Assembly: GCA_000961695.1 (NCBI GenBank)
Contig: LADW01000003.1
Coordinates: forward strand, 1,224 to 65,223
Direction: 5' to 3'
DNA from: Hyphomonadaceae bacterium BRH_c29
GTDB taxonomy: Bacteria > Pseudomonadota > Alphaproteobacteria > Caulobacterales > Hyphomonadaceae
DNA: 64,000 bases
Part shown: in pieces, positions 38,301-47,304 of the stretch
Position numbering within the stretch: the stretch's first letter is position 1
How the letters are laid out: every line of letters starts with the position of its first letter
Program-made: the position numbers and the translations under genes
Notes under the pieces: model-generated
What the model was told of the DNA's origin: nothing
The model's input: the letters and a program-made list of their open reading frames with translations, nothing else
Database searches by the model: none

Positions 38301-38486
38301 GCGTTCGACCTCCTCAGGGGAGAGGCCTTCGGTCTCGGTGAAGATCTGGACCAGCGCGGGCGACGGATCGGGAAAAGCGTCGACCGGCAGACTGCGAAAG
38401 GCAAACAGGCCGCCCAGGGTCATTGCGATGACAGCTATCGCTGCCAGCAGGCGTCCGCCTGCAATTCTGTGCATGAGGTTCAGCAT
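35361..38486 (-). CDS. czcA: CzcA-family heavy-metal RND permease
   Basis: [41 protein letters not shown]. Confidence 0.9.
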   Translation of the reverse strand: MLNLMHRIAGGRLLAAIAVIAMTLGGLFAFRSLPVDAFPDPSPALVQIFTETEGLSPEEVERYVSFPIETAMSGLPKVSEMRSTSNFGLSVVNIYFEDGTDVYFARQVVGERLGEAAESIPEGFGTPKMGPISTGLGIIMYFRLVDESGTRSLIELREIADWMIKYPLQSVEGITEVLALGGYEKQYQVNLDPDALLAQDIQVGEVIDALKSANRTAGAQFIELGAEQYTVRGVGLATTIADLMETPVKTVDGRTVRVGDLGDVVIGGAVRQGMATANGEGEVVAGLVLKLYGSNTSDVIENAKARFVEINTSLPDGVRAIPYYDQGTLVEKAAATVTTALWQGGLLVAIVVFLFLGGWRPSLVVVLSIPFSVGFAFIAMSVFGIGANLMTLGGVAIAIGMMVDGAIVIAENVARGFRERQEGEDNRTTVARSSAEVIAPLIAAVAVVIIVFLPLFSLQGTEGKTFRPLAASAALAMTGSLIYAALIAPAMALGLMRPSRSTQNTGDSRLTRIVKPFAAFFVRQRIAALALAGLLLVAGGLAATRLGSEFTPALEEGDILLRVAMAPSISLTEASATSTRVEKRLMEAFPEIDSIVSRIGRGEVGAHADPVNSIEAFVALKPRKEWRKGISPEELREAISDNLAEFPGVRVNIGQPIAMSIDELLTGTKAQLAVKIFGPDSEVLLESSQALQSILQEVTGASDVQADQITGAPQLVVSLDRVALGRYGLSVKEALEALRSGVGGAEAGVVFEGVRQFPVVVRYDEADRDTPAAIGRIILESSSGARIPLESIADIREIVGPRQITRENGERFITVQLNVRDRDIGSYVEEAQATVTAGLDLPAGYRVEWGGQYELQQQANARFAVVIPITLGIVFLILLLTFGRLMSAVLILLNIPLALTGGALALWIAGLPVSVPATVGFIALFGIALGNGMVLVSFMDDFARAGRNLEELAIEAAGLRALPVLMTAATTALGLAPLLFATGVGAEVQRPLATVVIGGLVSSTVLTLLVVPALHRWFAPRPDGHHSLVEAKHEHPAVPAE

Positions 38487-38500
38487 GGAGTGAGGTGTCC

Positions 38501-39796
38501 TTAGTGGGCGTGGCCGTCGCCGAAAGCGTCTTTTTCAAGCTGCGCTTTCAGGGTGAAGGCACCGGACGAGACAAAGCTTTCGCCTTGCTCCAGCCCGTCG
38601 AGGATTTCAGTTAGACCCGCGCTTGCGCGGCCCGGCTTGACAGGCCGGGGCGCAAAACCGCCCTCGACCGGGACAAATACCGACGGCTTGTCCTCGACAA
38701 CCACGACGGCATCGGACGGGACATGCAGTGTGCGGCCGGATTCGCCGACCGAGATTTCGGCTGTAACGAACTGGCCTGGGCGCAGGCGGCTGTCCGGATT
38801 GTCTACGATTACGCGCGCTGTACTGGTGCGGGTCGTTTCACTGATGACAGGAAGTATCAGGGCGATCGTGCCACGGGCTGCTGCCGAGCCATCACGGGTG
38901 CGCAGAATGACCGGCTGGCCGGTTTCAATCGCGCCGGCATCATCCTTGTAGACCGCAATATCGGCCCAGAGTTGGCTGTCGTCGACAATGATGAACAAAG
39001 CCTCGCCGCCTGCCTCAACGCTTGAGCCGATCGATACACTCCGTGATATGACGGTTCCGCCCAGAGGGGCCACGAGCGCTGCGCTCGCCAGAGAGCCATC
39101 CTGTGCCTGGCCGAGCCCGTTGAGCACGCTATCGCTGATGCCGACGGCGTGGAGTTTGTTCTCCATCGCTTCCCGTTCAGCACGGGCGCTGATAAGCGCC
39201 GCTTTGGCGGCATCCAGATCAGCCTGCGAAGTAATCTTGTCGGCAAACAGGCGCTCTTCACGAGCAAACTGCGACGCGGCTAGGTTCTCGGCGGATTTTG
39301 CCGTCAGGAAGTCCGCCTTCAGTCCGGCGAGTTCGCGGCTGGACAACACCGCGAGGCGTTCGCCGCGCTTGACCTTGTCGCCTTCGCCTTTGTCAAGTCT
39401 CGAGACCAGACCGCTCACGGGAGCAGCAACCTGCGCCACACGGTCCGCATCGAAACGAAGTTCCGCTGGCAATGACAGGGTTTCACTGAGCGGTCCCGTT
39501 TCAGCCGGTGACAGGGCGATCCCGGCTTCAGCCGCAGCAGCCTTGTCGAGCAGTACAACGTCGCCGTTCGCTTCGTCGCCATGCTCATCATGGCCTTCCT
39601 CTTCGCCGTCGGCATGGCCTTCCTCTTCGGGATGGCCGCCTTCTCCTTCGCCGTGATCGTCATGATCGGCGTGCTCGTCGGCTGTCGCTCCGGCGACCGC
39701 CGCGGAACCTGCACTGGCAGTTTCACTTGCGCCGCCGCAGCCGGCGAGCGTGATGGCCAGCACCAGTGCCAGCCCAGTCAGCTTGGGATCAATCAT
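38501..39796 (-). CDS. czcB: CzcB-type membrane fusion protein with His/Glu-rich N-terminus
   Basis: Lipobox LAGC; EHADHDDHGEGEGGHPEEEGH; C-terminal FGDGHAH. Confidence 0.9.
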   Translation of the reverse strand: MIDPKLTGLALVLAITLAGCGGASETASAGSAAVAGATADEHADHDDHGEGEGGHPEEEGHADGEEEGHDEHGDEANGDVVLLDKAAAAEAGIALSPAETGPLSETLSLPAELRFDADRVAQVAAPVSGLVSRLDKGEGDKVKRGERLAVLSSRELAGLKADFLTAKSAENLAASQFAREERLFADKITSQADLDAAKAALISARAEREAMENKLHAVGISDSVLNGLGQAQDGSLASAALVAPLGGTVISRSVSIGSSVEAGGEALFIIVDDSQLWADIAVYKDDAGAIETGQPVILRTRDGSAAARGTIALILPVISETTRTSTARVIVDNPDSRLRPGQFVTAEISVGESGRTLHVPSDAVVVVEDKPSVFVPVEGGFAPRPVKPGRASAGLTEILDGLEQGESFVSSGAFTLKAQLEKDAFGDGHAH

Positions 39797-41088
39797 TGTG
39801 TGTCTCCGTCAAAGGGGGCCGCGCCGATCAGGCTACGGAGCAAGAGGTCCGCCGCGCGCGCATCGCGCCGAGCGGCAATGGTGGCCTGGCGCACGTCGAT
39901 CAGGGCAGCGTGCGCCTGGAGGGTGGTAGTGAGGTCGAACCGGCCGATCGCGTAACCCTGGTCAGCCGCATCGAAAGCGGCTTCGGCCTCTGGCAACGCC
40001 TCTTCCGTGAGGATTGAAAGCCGCATGTTCGCGGCGCGGGCGGTGGCGGTGGCTGCCGCCTGTTCAGCCCTCAGCCGCGCCTCGACGGCTTCGGCAGAAA
40101 CCTTCGCGGCGTCGCCGCGAAAGCGGGTCGCCCGAACGGCATCACGACCGCGATCAAACAGCGGCAAGGGCAGGCTCAGCCCGGCAACGAAGGCGTTATC
40201 GCCTGTCGCTTCAAACCGGCGAACACCCCCCGAAAGCGTGATATCAGGAATGGCAGCAGCCCGGGCGCGTCTGAGTTCGGCCTCTTTTGCGTCCACCGCA
40301 GCCTTTGCGGCGGCCAGGCTTGGATGAGGCGCTGTGTCAGATTGAGCGGTTGCAATAATCTCGTACTCTGCCGGAACGGCGAACTGCAGATCGGCTCCAC
40401 CCCACAGACTCGCGAGCGCATAGGCGCGCGCCTCGACCACGCCCTGGGTCAGAGCAGCCTCGGCACGCAGGCTCGCTGCGTCTGCTCGGGCGCGGGCGAG
40501 CTCAGGAGGTGCAGCGGCGCCGGCCTCGACTCTTTTGCTGACGGTTTCTGCGAGGGTTGAGCTGAGACTTGCTGCCTCATCGGCCAGCTTTGCTGCTTCC
40601 GACGCCGCGACCAGATCAGCATAAGCAAGCGCTGCCTCGCGTTCTGCTTCGCGCAGGATGACCGCGCATTCAGCGGTCCCGAGCGCCGCCCGGGCACGGG
40701 CCGCGCGTTCGTCAAGGCCCCGCTTGTTGCCCAGCCGGAAAGTTTGCGCGACACCGAATGTTGTCTCGGACTGGTCGATGCCGGACAGGGCGCCCCCGCC
40801 GGAGAAGTTCTCGAAATCTGCGCTGAGAGTCGGATTGAGCCACCTACCAGCCTGGTCCGCATCGGCATTAAGCGCGCGGGCTTCAAGTCCGGCGGCCCGT
40901 ATATCCGGAGACGTGTTGCGGATTTCATTTAGCGCCGCCCCGAGCGTCAGGGGCGCGTCTGGAGAGAGCGCGCTCGGCGCGGCAACATGGTCTGGCATGC
41001 AAGGGCTTGCAGAGGCGCTGCCTGCCGCAAAAAATGCGGCCAAGGTGAACGCCGGGGCGGCAAGGACGCCCCGAAATGGAAATGACAT
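39793..41088 (-). CDS. czcC: CzcC/TolC-type outer membrane efflux protein
   Basis: NPTLSADFENFSG, LSLPLPLFDRG, YAIGRFDL. Confidence 0.88.
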   Translation of the reverse strand: MSFPFRGVLAAPAFTLAAFFAAGSASASPCMPDHVAAPSALSPDAPLTLGAALNEIRNTSPDIRAAGLEARALNADADQAGRWLNPTLSADFENFSGGGALSGIDQSETTFGVAQTFRLGNKRGLDERAARARAALGTAECAVILREAEREAALAYADLVAASEAAKLADEAASLSSTLAETVSKRVEAGAAAPPELARARADAASLRAEAALTQGVVEARAYALASLWGGADLQFAVPAEYEIIATAQSDTAPHPSLAAAKAAVDAKEAELRRARAAAIPDITLSGGVRRFEATGDNAFVAGLSLPLPLFDRGRDAVRATRFRGDAAKVSAEAVEARLRAEQAAATATARAANMRLSILTEEALPEAEAAFDAADQGYAIGRFDLTTTLQAHAALIDVRQATIAARRDARAADLLLRSLIGAAPFDGDTQ

Positions 41089-41166
41089 TGTAACAATTAA
41101 TCCTCAGGCTGATGTCTCGGCAGGTATCGGTCGAGCAGGTCGCTCTCCGATGATGGCAGACGAGAT

Positions 41167-41511
41167 TCAGGCCCGGGGGGGACGCAGGAGTTCGTAGGGC
41201 GGAGCGTTCAGCAACGCGTTGTCAGGCACGAGAAAATAGCGGGCAGCGACCTTGGGCAATCCGAGCGGCTGCAACTCATCGGTCCGCCAGACATATTGAT
41301 GGCAAGTTCCGCAATGATGCACTGCGTGCTCGTGCCCGCCCGAACGGTCCCTGTCTGCCGGGGCGGCAGCATCCGTACCGTGATCCGCGTAGCAAATCTC
41401 AGGAGTTTCTGCAGCGTGAGCGTTTTCCGCCAATGGCGACGCCACAAAGGCCAGCGCGACGAGCGCGGCCAATAACATCCGGATCCAGAAAGGAGCAGAA
41501 CTGGGCATCAT
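41167..41511 (-). CDS. Small exported His/Cys leader protein (DUF2946/CzcI-like) upstream of czcC
   Basis: Signal peptide, HEHAVHHCGTCH, C-terminal PPYELLRPPRA. Confidence 0.78.
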   Translation of the reverse strand: MMPSSAPFWIRMLLAALVALAFVASPLAENAHAAETPEICYADHGTDAAAPADRDRSGGHEHAVHHCGTCHQYVWRTDELQPLGLPKVAARYFLVPDNALLNAPPYELLRPPRA

Positions 41512-42017
41512 TGAAATCAGATAGCATCAAACGGTTGCAGATGCATGAAAAAATTACCTCGAGCAATTTTGTCGCAGACATCAGCTCCGCCTGTTGACAG
41601 TGTAACACATCGGGGCGTTCGAAACGTCCGGCCCGGCCAATGCCTACAGAACTCAAGCATTCAGTAGCTTGAACTGGAGGAAGACGGGACGGAATCAATT
41701 GCACATCAGTGGCGCTGTCGCCGCAGTGGAACGCTTCGCCGCCGCTACAAGTGGGGGTAAGCCGACTCCGTTCAGAGCGCACATTGCTGGTACTAGAGGA
41801 GTGTCTCTGCCGACAATCGGATCGCGCATCCCTTCAACGAAGCAAGTCGGCAATCTGGCTGCTGCGAGAGTAAAAGTCCGGCCATTGAAAACATCATCAG
41901 GAGTTTCTCGTTGATACATCCTTCTGCTGACTATGCAGTGCCGACTGCAGATCTGATTGCACGGGAGCGAATGGTGATGAACTTCGGACTCAAGAGGCAG
42001 TTTCACAGCAGCTTCCA

Positions 42018-43217
42018 TCAATCCAGAGGCTTAGGAGATTTCAAGCAATGGGGAATCATCAGAACGACGAAAGCTGCAATTCCGGCTCCCGCCAGAAAGG
42101 TTGTGGTGGCACCGAACGTCGTCCACAGCAATCCGGCGAGCAAACTTGCCCCCAACAACGAGAGCCCGGAACACAGATTGAACAGTCCAAAAGCCGATGC
42201 ACGTAGATGCGGCGGCGCACGATCGGCGACGAGCTTCGATAGCAGGCCCTGGCTGAGCGCCATGTGTGAGCCCCAAAGGGTAATTCCGGAAAAGACGCCG
42301 ATCACGGAGTCAAAAAGAGCAAGGCACAGATCGGCGGCGATCAGGGCGAGCAGGGAGAAGGTAAGCAGCCGCGAAGAGGAGACACGATCGGACAGCATCC
42401 CGGCCGGATAGGCGCCGGCAGAATAAACAAGATTCATGGCAACCAGGACAAGCGGTGCAAGATACAGGGGTAGACCAAGCTGATGTGCCCGTAAGATCAG
42501 AAAGGCCTCGCTGAAGCGCGCGAGCATGAATACTACCCCAAGGGCAACAATTTGCCAGAAAGGCGTGCGAAGCGATTTCAGGTCTTGAAGTCGGATAGGC
42601 GGAGGAGCTGCTTCGACGTCATTGGCGTCCAGATCGTCCACGCGGAACACGACAAGCAGAACGGCAATTAGACCGGGGATCAGAGCCAGCCAGAAGATGA
42701 CGCGCATATTGTTTGCCAGAAGCGCCATCAGCCCGATCGCACAAAGCGGCCCGATGAACGCGCCCGCCGTGTCGAGGCTTTGTCTCAGCCCAAAGGCGCG
42801 TCCGCGCAGGATGGCTGGCGTCACATCGGCGATGAGGGCATCGCGCGGCGCGCCGCGAATGCCTTTGCCGATCCGGTCGGTAAACCTCGCTGCGAGGACC
42901 ATGCCGGGCGCGCCTGCGATGGCAAACAGGGGTTTCGACAAGGCTCCCAGCGCGTAACCCAGCAGGATCAAAGGCTTGCGGCGCCCGATCCGATCAGAGA
43001 CATAGCCGGAGAAAACCTTCACTATGGAGGCAGCTGCTTCGCCGATGCCTTCGATCGCGCCGACGACCAGCACAGACGCGCCGAGCGTGCCAGTGAGGAA
43101 CAGCGGAAGCAGCGCATGGACCATTTCCGAGGAAACATCCATGAATAGGCTGACAAGCCCTAGCGCCCATACCGTGCGCGGGAGGACGGGGCCGGCGCGG
43201 GCGTGATTCGCGGTCAT
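42018..43217 (-). CDS. MFS transporter
   Basis: GYVSDRIGRRKPL motif A; 12 hydrophobic segments; start overlaps the RND stop. Confidence 0.9.
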   Translation of the reverse strand: MTANHARAGPVLPRTVWALGLVSLFMDVSSEMVHALLPLFLTGTLGASVLVVGAIEGIGEAAASIVKVFSGYVSDRIGRRKPLILLGYALGALSKPLFAIAGAPGMVLAARFTDRIGKGIRGAPRDALIADVTPAILRGRAFGLRQSLDTAGAFIGPLCAIGLMALLANNMRVIFWLALIPGLIAVLLVVFRVDDLDANDVEAAPPPIRLQDLKSLRTPFWQIVALGVVFMLARFSEAFLILRAHQLGLPLYLAPLVLVAMNLVYSAGAYPAGMLSDRVSSSRLLTFSLLALIAADLCLALFDSVIGVFSGITLWGSHMALSQGLLSKLVADRAPPHLRASAFGLFNLCSGLSLLGASLLAGLLWTTFGATTTFLAGAGIAAFVVLMIPHCLKSPKPLD

Positions 43218-46200
43218 GCAGGGCGCGGTGACTTTTGGGCAAGTGCCGCATGGATAAGCGGGGCAGCAATCAGGACGAGCGGCGCACCGATAATCAGTCC
43301 AGAGATGATGGCTGTCGCCATGGGAGCAAGCAACGCAGATCCTTGGCCCAGTTTCAGTGCAAGCGGTGACAGGGCTAGGATGGCAATGAGCGCTGACATC
43401 AAGATCGGTCTCAGGCGCGCCTTGCCGGCTTCGATCTTGCTTTCATGGCTGGCGGCATCGCCCTCTATTTCCGCGAAGTAGAAGATGCCGAGCTCGGCGA
43501 TGATGCCGATGACCATTGTCAGTCCCATCATCGCGGCAATGTTGAGTTCGGTTCCTGTTAGGTAAAGCCCTGACAGGACGCCTGCGACCGATAAGCCGAC
43601 GACGGAAAGAATGGATGCGGCTTGTGCGAGGCTGCGGAACAGGAAGACGAGTAACAGTCCGGACAGCAAAAATGCGGCGGCGAACACCGTCACCAAGTCC
43701 GCAAAGGATTTCTGTTGTTCTGCATAAAGTCCTCCGAATGCATAACGGACGCCTGCCGGCAGGGCCACTGAGCCCATGGCTTTGCGAACATCAACCATCG
43801 CTGAGCCCATATCCCGCCCTTCAAGGCGTCCGGTGACAGCTGTCATGGGTTGCAGGTTTTCACGGCTTGACTGGGCCTGGCCAGATACAATCTCGACCTT
43901 TGCGATCCGTTCCACGGGTACGAGGTGCCCGTCCAGGGCCCGCAGCATGAGATCTTCAAGCTGGGGAACGCGTTGGCGCAGGCCTTCCGGAGACCAGAGG
44001 CGAATATTCAGGCTGCGCTGACCATCAAGGATCGTGCCGGCTGTCCGCCCACCGACAAGGGTTTCGATCTGGGTGCTGACGCTGGCCGGATCGAGACCGT
44101 CCAAAGCCATTGCCGTCCTGTTGAGTGTGATGACAATCGCATCGCCCGCCGTGCGATCGGACTTCCGGACCTCGACGACGCCGCGCACCGTTTCGAGCGC
44201 GGCGAGCGCCTGATCTGCGGCGCGGGATAGGGACGCAGCGTCATTGCCAAACAGCTTGACCTCGATGGGCTGCGGGACGGCCGTCAGGTCACCGATAACA
44301 TCGCCGATCAACTGAATCGTTTCGATCTCCAGTCCCGGCACGGTCTCGGAAACCTGTCGGCGGAGATCCGCCATCACATCCTCGATGGGGCGCCGCGGAA
44401 AAGGCTTCAGGCGAATGAACAGATCGCCCTCATTGGCTTCGGTCAGTCCGCCGCCCAACTGCAAGCCGGTACGCCGGGAATAGCTGGCAACATCGGGGTT
44501 GGACTGAATAATGGCTTCCATCTGCGTCACCAGACGATCGGTCTCGGTCAGTGAGAGACCGGCCGGGGCGACATAGTCGAGAACAAAGCCGCCCTCATCC
44601 ATCTGTGGCATGAAGCCGGATGCAATCCGGCTCGACGAGAAGAGCCCGGCTCCGAGTGCGACGGCGACCAGCGCCAGCGACGCAACGCGGGCGTGTTGGA
44701 GCAGAGGTTTCATCAGGACGCCATAGGCATTGGCTATCCTGTCCAGCCAGCCGCCGGCGCGTTCGGCGCGCTCGGCGTCCTGCTGCCGGGTCAGGAAGCG
44801 CGCCAAAACCGGCACCACAGTCATTGCGAAAATCATCGAGAAAACGAGACTGGACGCCATGGTGATGGCCAGAGCCTTGAAGAAGCCGCCCGTGACGCCG
44901 GAGAGAAAGGCAAGCGGCGTGAAAACGACGATCGTGGCAAGTGAAGATCCGATCAGGGGGCGGATCATTTCGCTGGACGCGTCCAGAACGGTTTTTGTTC
45001 CCTCTGACAGCCGCCGGGCGATGTGTTCCAGCATCACGACAATATCATCAACGATCAGTCCGACCGCGGCTGCCATGCCGCCGAGGGTCATGATATTCAG
45101 GCTCTGTCCCAGCGCCATCAATAGAAGCGCTGTCGCCGCAAGCACTGATGGCAACAGGATGGCGACGATCAGGACAAGTCTCAGGCTGCGCAGGAACAGG
45201 AAAAGGACGAGTCCGGCAAGAAGGGTCCCGATCAGAATGGCATCGCGCACGCTTCCAGCGGCCGACACGACAAGGTCGGACTGGTCGTAATAGGGGGTGA
45301 TCGTCAGGTCCTTGGGAAAGCCGGACGTCTCCCTCGCCAGCGCCGCCTTGACGCCAGAGGTTAGAGCAAGGGAATTGGCATCGGGTGCCTGCCTTATGTT
45401 GACCAGTACGGCGCTTCGGCCATCCGCTGTGACGCGCGTCCAGCTTGGCGTAGTCGACAGGGCTACTTCCCCCACATCCGCCACGTTGATGACGCCTCCG
45501 CCGGGAAGACTTCGGAGGACGATTTCCTCGATATCCCGAGTACCCGAGAGTTGGTCGTCAACAATCGTCAGATAGAGGCGTGAGCGGTCCTCCAGGCGGC
45601 CAGAGGCGGAGACGATGTTGGAGGCGGAAATGGCAGATTCGACGTCAGCGACGGACAGTCCCCGGGCCTGCAGCCTCGCTGGGTCGACAAGGACTTCGAA
45701 TTCCGCTTCATGCCCGCCAAGCACCGAGACATCCACAACGCCGTCAATTGCTGCCAGCAGCGGCCGCAGCGTGTATTGGGCAAAGGTTCTGAGTTCGACC
45801 TGGGACAGCGTGTTCGACGTCAGGGAATAGCCCATGACGGGGAAGATTGTCGGGTCCATCCGGCGAACGTTGAAATAGAATCCGGCTGGCAGTGAAGGTG
45901 CCAGTCGGGCGAGTTCCGATTCAGACTGAAGAGCGGCCGTGACAATGTCGGCGCCCCAGTCGAACGTTACGGAGACTTCGGCCGATCCGCGGCTGGTTTG
46001 CGACCGGATATTGCGTACGCCGGGCACGGCACGCAGGGCATCCTCGACTGGCCGCGTGACCGTGGCTTCCATCTGATCGACGGGCCGGTCGCCCGCCTCA
46101 AGAGCCACGGCTATGCGGGGAAACTGGATCGTCGGGAAAAGGCTGACCGGCAAATGCGTCAGTGCGAAGGCTCCACCGGCGCTGAGGAGCAGGAAAGCGG

Positions 46201-46240
46201 CAAGAATGAAACGTGCCTGCAGGCCCAGCCAATGGCTCAT
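43214..46240 (-). CDS. RND efflux permease (AcrB/AcrD/AcrF family)
   Basis: LPVSLFP, GLIVDDIVVMLEHI, RLRPILMS; 1008 aa. Confidence 0.9.
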   Translation of the reverse strand: MSHWLGLQARFILAAFLLLSAGGAFALTHLPVSLFPTIQFPRIAVALEAGDRPVDQMEATVTRPVEDALRAVPGVRNIRSQTSRGSAEVSVTFDWGADIVTAALQSESELARLAPSLPAGFYFNVRRMDPTIFPVMGYSLTSNTLSQVELRTFAQYTLRPLLAAIDGVVDVSVLGGHEAEFEVLVDPARLQARGLSVADVESAISASNIVSASGRLEDRSRLYLTIVDDQLSGTRDIEEIVLRSLPGGGVINVADVGEVALSTTPSWTRVTADGRSAVLVNIRQAPDANSLALTSGVKAALARETSGFPKDLTITPYYDQSDLVVSAAGSVRDAILIGTLLAGLVLFLFLRSLRLVLIVAILLPSVLAATALLLMALGQSLNIMTLGGMAAAVGLIVDDIVVMLEHIARRLSEGTKTVLDASSEMIRPLIGSSLATIVVFTPLAFLSGVTGGFFKALAITMASSLVFSMIFAMTVVPVLARFLTRQQDAERAERAGGWLDRIANAYGVLMKPLLQHARVASLALVAVALGAGLFSSSRIASGFMPQMDEGGFVLDYVAPAGLSLTETDRLVTQMEAIIQSNPDVASYSRRTGLQLGGGLTEANEGDLFIRLKPFPRRPIEDVMADLRRQVSETVPGLEIETIQLIGDVIGDLTAVPQPIEVKLFGNDAASLSRAADQALAALETVRGVVEVRKSDRTAGDAIVITLNRTAMALDGLDPASVSTQIETLVGGRTAGTILDGQRSLNIRLWSPEGLRQRVPQLEDLMLRALDGHLVPVERIAKVEIVSGQAQSSRENLQPMTAVTGRLEGRDMGSAMVDVRKAMGSVALPAGVRYAFGGLYAEQQKSFADLVTVFAAAFLLSGLLLVFLFRSLAQAASILSVVGLSVAGVLSGLYLTGTELNIAAMMGLTMVIGIIAELGIFYFAEIEGDAASHESKIEAGKARLRPILMSALIAILALSPLALKLGQGSALLAPMATAIISGLIIGAPLVLIAAPLIHAALAQKSPRPA

Positions 46241-47304
46241 TTACCGTCTCCCGATGGAGTTTGTGCGGCCGGTGAAGTGTTCAGTTTCATGCCATCGGAC
46301 AGGATCGCACCGCCCTCGGTTACGACGTGATCTCCGTCCGATATGCCCGAGAAGATTTCCACCAGATCACTGCTGGACGGGCCGGTCTTGACCCGGCGGC
46401 GAGCCGCCGTTCCGTTCATGTCGACAAAGACAAAGGCGCCTTGTTCGTCGGTGAATATGGACTTCAGCGGAACCAGGAGTGCATTTTTCCGGATCTCCGC
46501 AACGGCCGCGGCGCGGACTGCTTCTCCGGGCAGGAATCCGTTTCCGGGCGGAACCGGCACGAGGATCGCGGTCATTCGTGTCTGGGGATCAACCCGCAGG
46601 TCGATAGTCGTGATTGTCGCATCAGCAATCTGGCTTCCCCCATCGAGTCCTTCAAGGTGGACGGGGTCGCCGGGCGACAGCCGGGTTGCATCTTCGAGTT
46701 CCAGGTTGATGCGGGTCAGGATCGCATCGGGTGCGGAGACGCGAACCAGCGGGCTGCCGGACGCAACCACGTCGCCAGCCGAAACCATGATCGTGTCGAC
46801 AATGCCTTCGCGAGGCGCCCGCACCTCCCGGATGGCGCCGGCATTCTGGTTGAGCGTTCCGACCTGTGCCGCGAGGTCCCTCGCGGCCAGCTGCGCCCGC
46901 TCGACATCAGCGTCACTTGAAAGACCGTCATCGCGTAGGCGTTTCTGTCGTTGGAGTTCTGCCTCAGCGGCATTGGCATCGGTCCGTGCGCGGGAAAGAT
47001 CGAGGCCAGAGGCGGATGACGGGGTAAGCCGGACCAGAACCGTTCCCTGTTCAACGCGCGCGCCGGGCTGGACAAGAATATCCGTCACGCGGGCTTCGAT
47101 CTGGGTCGCCAGGACCTGCTGGCGCGCCGGATCAAATTCGACTGTGCCAAAACCGTTCACCGTGATCGGCAGATCGCCGCGTTCGGCCGGTGTTGTGACG
47201 ACCCGCGCGACCGGTTCGGGTGCGGCTGGTTCAGGTGTTTTGGAACACGCAGAAATTAACAGCAAGGCCGCCGCAGGCAGCATCCGGGCAAGAGCTTTGT
47301 TCAT
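46237..47304 (-). CDS. RND membrane fusion protein
   Basis: Lipobox ISAC; biotinyl-like and beta-barrel MFP segments. Confidence 0.88.
   Translation of the reverse strand: MNKALARMLPAAALLLISACSKTPEPAAPEPVARVVTTPAERGDLPITVNGFGTVEFDPARQQVLATQIEARVTDILVQPGARVEQGTVLVRLTPSSASGLDLSRARTDANAAEAELQRQKRLRDDGLSSDADVERAQLAARDLAAQVGTLNQNAGAIREVRAPREGIVDTIMVSAGDVVASGSPLVRVSAPDAILTRINLELEDATRLSPGDPVHLEGLDGGSQIADATITTIDLRVDPQTRMTAILVPVPPGNGFLPGEAVRAAAVAEIRKNALLVPLKSIFTDEQGAFVFVDMNGTAARRRVKTGPSSSDLVEIFSGISDGDHVVTEGGAILSDGMKLNTSPAAQTPSGDGK

Noticed and set aside
41911-42411. 166-aa + strand ORF and other short ORFs in the 41.5-42.0 and 52.0-52.2 kb spacers
   Set aside because: No RBS or recognisable motif; they overlap real genes antisense.
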